DNA of 64,000 nt from an uncultured Chloroflexia bacterium (GTDB lineage: Bacteria > Chloroflexota > Limnocylindria > Limnocylindrales > CSP1-4), in NCBI GenBank assembly GCA_963748625.1, contig CAVVJT010000010.1:192001-256000 (forward strand), read 5' to 3'. The stretch's first letter is position 1, and each line of letters starts with the position of its first letter. A program made the translations under genes and the position numbers. Shown in pieces: positions 30,683-38,653 of the stretch. Below the pieces are notes generated by a model that saw nothing but the letters and a program-made list of their open reading frames with translations, was not told the origin of the DNA and did no database searches.

Positions 30683-31678
30683 CTACCTGGTGGGTGGCGG
30701 CATCCGGATCTCAGCGCCCACCTTGAGGCGCGTGCCCGGGTACTGCGGGTTCCACTGGTAGAGGGTCGCCAGCGAATGGCCGAAGTACTTGCCGATGGAG
30801 AACAGGTTGTCACCCGAGCGGACCACGTAGATCCAGCAGTTGCTCCGATCCGGACACTTGGTGAGCAGCTTGTACCGGTCGCTCCTGGGTTTCGGCGTCG
30901 CCGTGGGCTTGGGCTTGGCGGTCGCCGTCGGCTTGGGCGTGGGCTTCGCGGTGGGGCCGGCCGTCGGTGCGGGCGTGGGGGCCGCGGTGAGCTCGGGCGT
31001 GGCCGTCGCTGCGGGCGTGGGAGCCGGCTCGACGGATGTGCTCGGCTCCGTTGAGACCTCCACCGACGGCCCGGACGTGGGACCCGCGGTCAGCAACGGG
31101 GATTCGGTCATGACGGGCGCCTCGGTGGCCTCCGGCGCTCCCGTCAAGGCCGGCGACGCTGAGGCGACGACGGCCACGCCGGCATCGGTTGCGGCCGGAC
31201 CCACGAGCGGCAGGTCGAGCCCGCCCCGCTGGACCACGTACCCGAGGGAGATCCCCGCCGACAGCACCAGGATGAGCAGCGCGGCGAGGGTGGCCCGCGG
31301 AACGGTCGGTCTCGTCCGGGCGGGCGCCTGCGCAGGCGCCATGGAGCCCCGCTGGTAGCGCGGGCAGTCAACGTGGGTGGCTCGGAGGCAGACCAATTCC
31401 TGCTGGCTCGTGGACTGGGGCCTCGGGGCGCCGATCGCGACGCAGGCCTGGCCCTCCCGCGGCGCCGGCACGGGTGCCACGAGGGCACCTGCAGCTTCCC
31501 CCCGCAGGAACGGGCAGACTCCGTGCACCGGGGAGCGCGCCGCATCGTCGAGGACCGGGAGCGCGGGGTGCGTGCCCGACGGCTGCCCGACGGCGTCGCC
31601 GGGCGCGGGCATCACCGGCCGCTCGCCCGCGAGCGGACCGTCGACCACCGGCTCGTCGTTCAGCGCTGCGTCCTCCAA
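30683..31678 (-). CDS. Membrane-anchored LysM protein with Cys-rich N-terminus
   Basis: CPFL...C...C...CPRY, one TM, Pro/Thr/Ala linker, YVVRSGDNLFSIG...WNP LysM. Confidence 0.85.
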   Translation of the reverse strand: MEDAALNDEPVVDGPLAGERPVMPAPGDAVGQPSGTHPALPVLDDAARSPVHGVCPFLRGEAAGALVAPVPAPREGQACVAIGAPRPQSTSQQELVCLRATHVDCPRYQRGSMAPAQAPARTRPTVPRATLAALLILVLSAGISLGYVVQRGGLDLPLVGPAATDAGVAVVASASPALTGAPEATEAPVMTESPLLTAGPTSGPSVEVSTEPSTSVEPAPTPAATATPELTAAPTPAPTAGPTAKPTPKPTATAKPKPTATPKPRSDRYKLLTKCPDRSNCWIYVVRSGDNLFSIGKYFGHSLATLYQWNPQYPGTRLKVGAEIRMPPPTR

Positions 31679-31839
31679 CGTGGCGGGAGTGCCATCCCGC
31701 GCCGGAGTCTAGTACCTCCGGCACCTTGCCCGCGGGGGAAACGGCGGTGTAGGCTGCGCGCCCATCGTGGCATCTCGGGCCACGAGGACGTTACAGTGTC
31801 TCCCGCAATGTCCAACGGGGGACTGAGCACCTGAGGGCA

Positions 31840-32094
31840 ATGGCGCTTCCGCTCGTCGCATACGAACCATCACGCATCCAGGACACCGATCCAGGCCGTC
31901 TCGCTCCCCACCGGATCAAGCGCTGCACGTACCGCCGCCTGATCGCGTTGGATCGCCCGCGGGAGCGTGTCTACGAGGTCGAGTGCCTCTACCCTGACCG
32001 CAAGGTCCCGATCCCCCTCGGTGATCTCGAGTCGTCCACCCCGGTCTGCAACGGCTGCACGGCCGCGCACATCTTCCGCGCGGACGAGGACTAG
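31840..32094 (+). CDS. Hypothetical 84-aa protein with four Cys
   Basis: GAGG RBS, high-GC3 codon use, C...C...CxxC. Confidence 0.65.
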   Translation: MALPLVAYEPSRIQDTDPGRLAPHRIKRCTYRRLIALDRPRERVYEVECLYPDRKVPIPLGDLESSTPVCNGCTAAHIFRADED

Positions 32095-32129
32095 CACCGG
32101 ACACGCCGCGACGCGGCGAAGGGTGCGGT

Positions 32130-32162
32130 GAGGCGCCAGCGAGGCAGCCTGTAAGCCGAGTT
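32130..32162. repeat. 33-bp direct repeat (displaced rnpB 3' end, att-like)
   Basis: GAGGCGCCAGCGAGGCAGCCTGTAAGCCGAGTT identical to 35929-35961. Confidence 0.95.
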
Positions 32163-32455
32163 GCTCCCGACGCCACGCTTGAGCGTGGAGCGGACCCGTC
32201 CCGTGAGCGTGAGCCCGTCTATTCCGTCTACGCAGATCGAGCCCAACCGTATGCAGAAACGTATGCAACTCTGAGCACCCCCGGACGCTGCCGCTCCGAG
32301 CTCTCCGGCCAGGGCCGGGATCGCCGTCGGCCCGCGGAGCCGTCCCGCGTGACGAGTGTCAGACGTCAATCGCGGATGCTGTGACCGTTGGCGCCTCATC
32401 CGTCACCTCACCCGCGACCCCGAGCCCGCGCCACCGCCGGCAGCCGGGCGGTGGC

Positions 32456-33007
32456 CTACCCGACCGCCGACTCCCAGCGATCGCCCCACGACTGGAACTC
32501 GGCGTTGATGACGCTCGAGTCCCATCCGCCCCCTCCGGCCGCTCCGACGATGTCCAACAGTTCCTTTGCCGCAATGCGGCTGTACCGGGCCATCGGAAGC
32601 GCATCGAGGAGATGCGCGGCGTAGTCCAACGCTTCCTGGGTGAAGAACCCGCTGTCAAGGACCCGGTCCCAGTAGTCCAGGAACCAGTAGTGATCCCAGC
32701 TATCCCAGTCCTGCACTCTCGCGGGCTCGCCCGACTGAGCGTAATCGACGATGCGCCGCGCTTCCCATACATCCGATACGCCCGCCATGATGCCCATGGT
32801 CGCCCCAAGGGAGTCGCCGTCTATCCGGAAGACAGCACTCCCCTTCGGGGGGGGCCAGCCTGGTGCCCAGTCGACCGAGGTCACATCACGGAGGTCGACC
32901 CACCGTTCGCTCTGGAGATCGATGGCCCGATAGTTGGTGACGACGAGGTTGCCGGTGGACTTGCCGATCTCCTCGCCTGGATCGAGCGGAAACTCCCCGA
33001 CCTTCAT
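32456..33007 (-). CDS. Hypothetical protein, N-terminus resembling a bacterial PH domain
   Basis: LDPGEEI...GNLVVTNYRAI pattern; Trp/Asp-rich C-terminus. Confidence 0.6.
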   Translation of the reverse strand: MKVGEFPLDPGEEIGKSTGNLVVTNYRAIDLQSERWVDLRDVTSVDWAPGWPPPKGSAVFRIDGDSLGATMGIMAGVSDVWEARRIVDYAQSGEPARVQDWDSWDHYWFLDYWDRVLDSGFFTQEALDYAAHLLDALPMARYSRIAAKELLDIVGAAGGGGWDSSVINAEFQSWGDRWESAVG

Positions 33008-33174
33008 CGTCGACGGGAGGCTGCGGGCTGAGGAGCCCCTTCCGAGATGTCGAACTGCGAAGTCGGCCGGTCAACCAGATCTGGTATGGCAGCGGTATCG
33101 GCCGTGACCGTCCCTCCGCTATCCATGACGAGGCGGTACCGAAACATGTCGTCGATGCTGAATGGTCTCGACAT
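33004..33174 (-). CDS. Hypothetical 56-aa protein
   Basis: GGAGG RBS, MSRPFSIDDMFRYRLV..., ATGA overlap with the next gene. Confidence 0.4.
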   Translation of the reverse strand: MSRPFSIDDMFRYRLVMDSGGTVTADTAAIPDLVDRPTSQFDISEGAPQPAASRRR

Positions 33175-33313
33175 CAATCACCCCTCCCGGTTTGTGTCTG
33201 ACTGGCACGCACCGTGGGCCGAAGGGGACGAACACACCAAAAGGCGGACAGGCCGCGCTGGGCGAAGTCTCGGTGCCCGACCCTCAGAAGTGCCCTGCGC
33301 CAGCTGAACTAGC

Positions 33314-33571
33314 TCAGTAGGGCAGTAGAACGCGTTGCCGTTCATCCTCCAGCCGTGCATACCAGCTGGAGGCGTCATTCTGTGTCGCGAGGCCATCTAC
33401 CAGTTTCAACCGCGTCCCGGACATCCGAATCCCAACGGAGTAGGGGCCAGGGTGTTCCCCGATGTCGCCGGCGTCGAGGGTCGCGCTGCTGAGGCAGACC
33501 GGATGGAACCAGTAGCTGTGAAACTCGATTCGGGGCGGACCGTCCTCGCGCCCGCAACTGATGCAGCTCAC
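33314..33571 (-). CDS. Hypothetical zinc-finger protein (CxxC-x16-HxxC)
   Basis: AGGAGGAGG RBS before GTG; CISC...WFHPVC. Confidence 0.65.
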   Translation of the reverse strand: MSCISCGREDGPPRIEFHSYWFHPVCLSSATLDAGDIGEHPGPYSVGIRMSGTRLKLVDGLATQNDASSWYARLEDERQRVLLPY

Positions 33572-33804
33572 TTTGCCTCCTCCTTTGCGGGGACGAGCGC
33601 CAATGTCCTGGACGAACTGCAGACAGCCACTCAGGCTGTCGATCTAGCGGCGAGCCCCGTGCGTTGCCTTGACCGGGGACGTTTCACCAGCATACGGGAC
33701 GCGAGAGGCTCGCCGCAGGGCGCCTCGTGGAAAGGTCGCCGCCTCAACTTGAGGGCTGAAGGTGGGTCCGGACACATAGGCGACATTGGCCGGCGCCGCG
33801 GGGC

Positions 33805-34788
33805 TCACGTTCGCGCCGACACGACTGCAGCCGGCGACCGCACCAGGGAGACCAGGAGCACCGAGACCATCACCGGGACGACCAGCCACGCGCCGAACCG
33901 AAGGCCGCCGCCCGCGTTGCCCGCGAGCGCGGGCAAGCCGTAAAGCAGAGTCCCAGACCACACTAGGGAGGCGACTGCGGCAAGGGCGGCGATTGCCATG
34001 CCGCGCCGCCGGCGCCATCGCACCGAGGCGGCGCCCGCGATCAAGAGCAGTGCCAAGCCGATGGAGAGACCCCCGAAGACCACGTACTGCGGGTCATTCG
34101 GACTCGCGACGATGAGGGCGATACCTGCGAGTCCGGGCAGGCACGCCTCGAACAGGAGTAGCCATACGGTGCTCTCCACGCGCCAACTCTCACCGGCAGA
34201 CGCGGAGCGAAACAGTGGCAGGAGTGCCGGGACGAGCAGGAGCCCTACGATCGGCGGAACCTGGCCGAGGGCGATCGCCCCGACGAGGACTAGTACGAGG
34301 CCGAGGGCAACCAGACCACGCACGCTCAGCGGCAGGCGAGACTGCGAGCGTGACCCTGGCCTCGGGGCATTCCATTGCGCAGTAGCCGGTCGCGCTCCAT
34401 ACCTGTCACCGTCCGTCCGCGGGGTCCCCCGATGGCCCTCGTCACGCCACCTCGCACGCTGGTGATCGCGGCCTGCATCCTGCCCGCCGGCTCCCGGTGG
34501 GCCGGTGGGCTCGGGCCTCGGCGGAGCGGCGGCGGCCCCAGACCCGCCGCGTTCGGCCTGACGGCGGGCTTCGATGAGCAGGTCCCGGTCGTACGCCGTA
34601 CGTTTGGCAGGGTCACGCAGGATGGTGATGATCGCGTTCAGCTCGGCGGACGACTTCGTGCGGCGGTGCGTGTCGCGAGGGTCCTGGTTGAGATCGGGGT
34701 GAATGAGGCGAATCCGCTCGCGATACGCCAGTTCGATCTCTTCGATCGATGCACCGGGCGAGACCCCGAGGATCGCGTAGTAGTCCAA
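33805..34788 (-). CDS. J-domain (DnaJ-like) membrane protein
   Basis: DYYAILGV, HPD, LRDPAKRTAYD, multiple C-terminal TM segments; start uncertain. Confidence 0.85.
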   Translation of the reverse strand: MDYYAILGVSPGASIEEIELAYRERIRLIHPDLNQDPRDTHRRTKSSAELNAIITILRDPAKRTAYDRDLLIEARRQAERGGSGAAAAPPRPEPTGPPGAGGQDAGRDHQRARWRDEGHRGTPRTDGDRYGARPATAQWNAPRPGSRSQSRLPLSVRGLVALGLVLVLVGAIALGQVPPIVGLLLVPALLPLFRSASAGESWRVESTVWLLLFEACLPGLAGIALIVASPNDPQYVVFGGLSIGLALLLIAGAASVRWRRRRGMAIAALAAVASLVWSGTLLYGLPALAGNAGGGLRFGAWLVVPVMVSVLLVSLVRSPAAVVSART

Positions 34789-34999
34789 GCTCCCGCATCC
34801 GCTCCGTGCAATCCGGCGGCCGGATCGAGCATCGACGAAGGGGCGGGGAGCAGTCCCATTCGCCGGTGACTATACGACTAGTCCCGTTGGGCTTGAGCGC
34901 AGATCCGACGGCTCCGCGGGAGGCCAGCCGGCGGCAAGACTACGAGTTGGCGGCGTACCCTGCGTGGCACCAGCGCCGATCGGAGGATGGACGACAGCC

Positions 35000-35227
35000 A
35001 TGGGTCTCTCGGAGGGGATCACCGGACACTGGATCAAGTTGGTCGGACGCGAGCCGACCGATCCCGAGCAACTGGATCTCCTGACGCTCGTCCAAACGAA
35101 CGGCGAGGCCCGGGTCCTGACATGCCTCTCCGGCTACTTGGAGCTCCGCCCTAGGGAGCGGCCCGGCACGGTCGGCGCCCAGGAGTTGATGGCGTTCCTC
35201 AGCCTGTGCGCAGACGTGGTGCTCTGA
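35000..35227 (+). CDS. Hypothetical 75-aa protein
   Basis: ORF with protein-like composition, GGAGG upstream. Confidence 0.4.
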   Translation: MGLSEGITGHWIKLVGREPTDPEQLDLLTLVQTNGEARVLTCLSGYLELRPRERPGTVGAQELMAFLSLCADVVL

Positions 35228-35612
35228 GCCTTCACGCAGTCGAGTCGCTGGCGCTCGATCGGCGGACCGAGACTCCATCGAGGCCAACACCCGTGGCAGC
35301 GCAGGAGCCTCATACCGCTCGGGTGCCTGCGGTCGCGGTGGAGATCGAAGAGCATCCGGCCGAACAGCTGCCGCTCCCCCTCCATGCAGAACCAGCCTGG
35401 GTTCTGACCTGCGACGACGAAACGCTCAGTCCGGGTCATCGACTCCACGTCGCCAGGCCACGGCTCACGCACGCCCAACGGCAGCCGGGTGCCGGTTTCG
35501 GTGTCGAACAGGATGCGGAGGCCGGCCAGGACCAACTCCTCGACGCGCGCGGACGCGCGCGTCGGTCGCGCTCGAAGGCCTCGAGGTCGGGGTCGATCAC
35601 CGGTTCCGACAT
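35134..35612 (-). pseudogene. Probable frameshifted hypothetical gene
   Basis: GGAGG-ATG at 35612 (MSEPVIDPDLEAFERD) changes frame in a CG run near 35550 to VEELVLAGLRILFD; 3' end uncertain. Confidence 0.4.
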
Positions 35613-35928
35613 CGGACCTCCTGGCTCAGCTCGTGAATGCGCGCCTGCACCGGGCCCAGACTAGTTGTCAAGCTGGCGGGCCGTACCGCATACCGGTAAG
35701 CACGCTGCGAGGCTGTGACCGGCAGCGGCGGGCCCGTGCGACCTCACTCGGCGATCCCCCGCCAACTCCTCAGATTCTAACTTGCGGGCCCACGAGGGCA
35801 GCCGACGAGGTGTCGGGAGTCGCCGACTGCTCCTACCGGACCTCGACGAGGTCGCCACCTAGTCCCCAACCGTACGCGGGCCCTCCGAGCGAAGCCGCCA
35901 GGGGGCCATTTCACGCACGAAATTATGG

Positions 35929-35961
35929 GAGGCGCCAGCGAGGCAGCCTGTAAGCCGAGTT
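35929..35961. repeat. 33-bp direct repeat (rnpB 3' end, att-like)
   Basis: Identical to 32130-32162. Confidence 0.95.
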
Positions 35962-36284
35962 CTGTATCACGACCTTGCGGTCGCGATGACGGTCATCCAT
36001 CTGAGGCCGCCGGTTGCCCGACGGCTCATGCAGCCGACCCGAGGGCTGGGCAGCGCACCTCTCCCCCCGGCGAACCGGGGTTGCGCCCTCCTATTTGGCC
36101 TTGCTCCGGGTGGAGTTTGCCGCGTTTCACTCCGGCACCCGAGGGGCCGGCATCGTCACTGTGGCACTGGTCCTCGCCTCACGGCGGACGGGCGTTACCC
36201 GCCACCCTGCGCTGGGGAGCTCGGACTTTCCTCAGGCCGCCCGGTTGCCCGGCCGACCCGCGACCATCCGGCCGCCTCGCTGGC
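35934..36284 (-). ncRNA. rnpB: RNase P RNA (bacterial type A)
   Basis: Minus strand GAGGAAAGTCCGAGC, AGTGCCACAG, GAGCAAGGCCAAATAG, ACAGAACTCGGCTTA; P1 pairing GCCAGCGAGGC/GCCTCGCTGGC; TACACT -10 at 36291-36296. Confidence 0.97.
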
Positions 36285-36329
36285 TCGTGAAGTGTAGGCG
36301 CGACCGGGTAATCCCGGGCGACAACCGGT

Positions 36330-36761
36330 TCAGGGCGTCACGAACACCAGGGTCTCGCCGCCCTCCGTGGTCAGGCGCAGGTTGCCGGTGCCCGTATCGA
36401 TCTCGAACCGGGGGCTCCCTTCGACCACGCCGAGCAGGGCCGCCTCCTGACTCGCGACGGCCCCAGCGCAGGGCACGGGCTGGAGCTGCTCGGAGTCGAG
36501 CAGGATGCGATTGCCGTCGAGGTGGTATGTGCCGCCGCCGCTCTGGCAACCCGTGTGCACCGTGAACCGGCCGTCCGTCCCGAAGCTCACGCCGATGACC
36601 CCGTCGGGGTCGACCGCCGGCGCGGTCCCCACCTGGACGATCTTCCACGGCCTGTCCACGAGGACGTCGCTCGTGGTGAGGCATCCGGCTACGACCAGCA
36701 CACAGGCAACGAGGCCTGCAGCGAGGCCCGCAGGGCCTGCGGGACGCCCGGGAGCCCTCAC
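36330..36761 (-). CDS. META/HslJ domain lipoprotein
   Basis: Lipobox VAGC, TGCQSGGGTY, second Cys; GTG overlaps the upstream stop. Confidence 0.8.
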   Translation of the reverse strand: MRAPGRPAGPAGLAAGLVACVLVVAGCLTTSDVLVDRPWKIVQVGTAPAVDPDGVIGVSFGTDGRFTVHTGCQSGGGTYHLDGNRILLDSEQLQPVPCAGAVASQEAALLGVVEGSPRFEIDTGTGNLRLTTEGGETLVFVTP

Positions 36762-37396
36762 CCCACCAGTTCCCGCACCGCCGCAGCGACCGCATGGCCC
36801 AGCGCGGCGTGTCCTGCCGGGGGGAGATGCACCCCGTCCGCTGGATCCACAGTCGCGACGGTGGCGGCATCGAGGAACCCGACGCCGCGCATCGCGGCGA
36901 CCGTGGCGTACAGGCGCGCCATCGCCAGGCCCTTGGCCCGCGCCTCGCCGAAGCCCCACAGCTCCGAGCGCTCGGTCACCTCACCGGGTGGAGGCGGCGC
37001 CACGAGCAGCACCTTGGGCGCACCGCCGCCGATGCCCGCCCCGGAGCGCAGCACGACCTCCACGAGGGTCCGCACGCCGGACGCGATCTCGGCCGCCGTC
37101 CGTCCGAAGATGGTCTTCGTGTCGTTGGTGCCCAGCATCAGCACGACGACCTCCACCGGGGCGTGGGTCTCGAGGCAGGGCCCGAGGTAGTCGAGCCCGT
37201 TCCGGCCGGGGAGGTACGGGTCGTCCCAGATGGTCGTGCGCCCGTTCAGCCCCTCCTCGATCACCTGGTGGGCCGGGCCGAGCGCGGCGGCCAGCACGCC
37301 GGGCCACCGGACCGCGCGGTCGAAGCGCCCGCCCGTGATCGACGAGCAGTCGAAGCCGTGGGTGTTCGAGTCGCCGTAACAGAGCACGACTGCCAT
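36758..37396 (-). CDS. SGNH/GDSL hydrolase (arylesterase-like)
   Basis: GDSNT, EEGLNGRT, LGTND, DGVH. Confidence 0.93.
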   Translation of the reverse strand: MAVVLCYGDSNTHGFDCSSITGGRFDRAVRWPGVLAAALGPAHQVIEEGLNGRTTIWDDPYLPGRNGLDYLGPCLETHAPVEVVVLMLGTNDTKTIFGRTAAEIASGVRTLVEVVLRSGAGIGGGAPKVLLVAPPPPGEVTERSELWGFGEARAKGLAMARLYATVAAMRGVGFLDAATVATVDPADGVHLPPAGHAALGHAVAAAVRELVG

Positions 37397-37408
37397 CGAG
37401 CCGACCTC

Positions 37409-37891
37409 CTACTCCGCTGGTGCGGTGCGCCTGATGCGGGCGACCCGCGCCGGACCACCGGCCGCGACGCGGTCGAGCGCCTCGTTCGCCAGCCGGTCCG
37501 CCGTCGAGTTCTGCTCGCGGGGCACGTGGGTCGCCGACCAGCGCGTGAAGCCGGCGAGCATCGCCTTCGCCTCCGCGTGGAGCGGCTGCAGCTTTGCGTC
37601 CTTGACCCGCCAGCGGCCGTGGAGCTGCTCCACGATCAGCTTGGAGTCCAGGTACATGTCCACGACCTCGGCGCCCAACCGCTGCGCGAGCTTGAGCGCC
37701 TCGACCACGCCGGTCCACTCGGCCACGTTGTTGGTCTGGTGGCCAAGCGCCTGTGAGATGGTGGCGTCGGGCGGCGCAGAGGGATGGCGCGCATCGGCAC
37801 GGGACCCGTCGATGAGCGCGGCACCCAGCGACGCCGGCCCGGGATTGCCCCGGGCCGCGCCATCGGTGCGGATGACCAGGTGCGGGATCAC
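37409..37891 (-). CDS. rnhA: Ribonuclease HI family protein
   Basis: DGAARGNPG, TNNVAEW, DSKL, VPREQNSTADRLAN. Confidence 0.92.
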   Translation of the reverse strand: MIPHLVIRTDGAARGNPGPASLGAALIDGSRADARHPSAPPDATISQALGHQTNNVAEWTGVVEALKLAQRLGAEVVDMYLDSKLIVEQLHGRWRVKDAKLQPLHAEAKAMLAGFTRWSATHVPREQNSTADRLANEALDRVAAGGPARVARIRRTAPAE

Positions 37892-37935
37892 CGGGAGCGG
37901 AACCCCCTCGGACCCCGCTCCCCCACCCTGCGCGC

Positions 37936-38637
37936 TCAGACCCTGCGGCCCGTGATCGCCCGGGAGACCTCGAGGATCGCCTGGGTGATGTGGATGTCGC
38001 GCGGGCACGCGTCAACGCAGTTGAAGATCGTCCGGCAGCGCCAGACGCCGTCCTTGTCGGCCAGGATCTCCAGCCGCTCCTCGGCGTGGTCGTCGCGGGT
38101 GTCGAAGATGAACCGGTGTGCAGCCACGATCGCCGCCGGACCCACGTACTCGGGCCTGGCCCAGAACGAGGGGCAGGACGTCGTGCATGCGGCGCACAGG
38201 ATGCACTTGGTGGTGTCGTCGTAGCGGGCCCGGTCCTCCGCGGACTGCCGCCGTTCCCGCGTGGGCGGGTCGGCATCGGCCTGGAGGTACGGCTGGACGC
38301 TCCGGAACTTCGCGAAGAAGCCCTCCATGTCCACCACCAGGTCCTTCATCACCGGGAGGCCGGCGAGCGGCGCCACGGTGATGCGCTTGCCGCCCAGCTG
38401 GTTGACCCGGATCTTGCAGGCCAGGCGGTTGCGCCCGTTGATGCGCATGGCGTCGGAGCCGCACACCCCGTGGGCGCAGGACCGGCGGAACGTGAGTGTT
38501 CCGTCCTGCTCGTACTTGACCTTGTGGAGGAGGTCCAGGACGCGGTCCATCGGGCTCGCGTCAACCTGGTAGGTCTCCTCGTGGGGCTTCTGGTCGCGCT
38601 CGGGGTCGTAGCGGAGGATCCGCAGCTCGATCTGCAT
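37936..38637 (-). CDS. sdhB: Succinate dehydrogenase iron-sulfur subunit
   Basis: SCAHGVCGSD, CILCAACTTSCP, CRTIFNCVDACP. Confidence 0.97.
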   Translation of the reverse strand: MQIELRILRYDPERDQKPHEETYQVDASPMDRVLDLLHKVKYEQDGTLTFRRSCAHGVCGSDAMRINGRNRLACKIRVNQLGGKRITVAPLAGLPVMKDLVVDMEGFFAKFRSVQPYLQADADPPTRERRQSAEDRARYDDTTKCILCAACTTSCPSFWARPEYVGPAAIVAAHRFIFDTRDDHAEERLEILADKDGVWRCRTIFNCVDACPRDIHITQAILEVSRAITGRRV

Positions 38638-38653
38638 CGTCGTCTCCCCCGCC

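Larger units (their letters stand above)
32130..35961. mobile_element. Genomic island remnant integrated at the rnpB 3' end
   Basis: Flanking 33-bp direct repeats, lower GC (e.g. 33121-33180 is 50% GC), orphan ORFs; no integrase seen. Confidence 0.8.

Noticed and set aside
32163-35928. Integrase or transposase inside the island
   Set aside because: No R-H-R-Y tyrosine recombinase, serine recombinase or DDE motifs recognised in the ORF track or by eye
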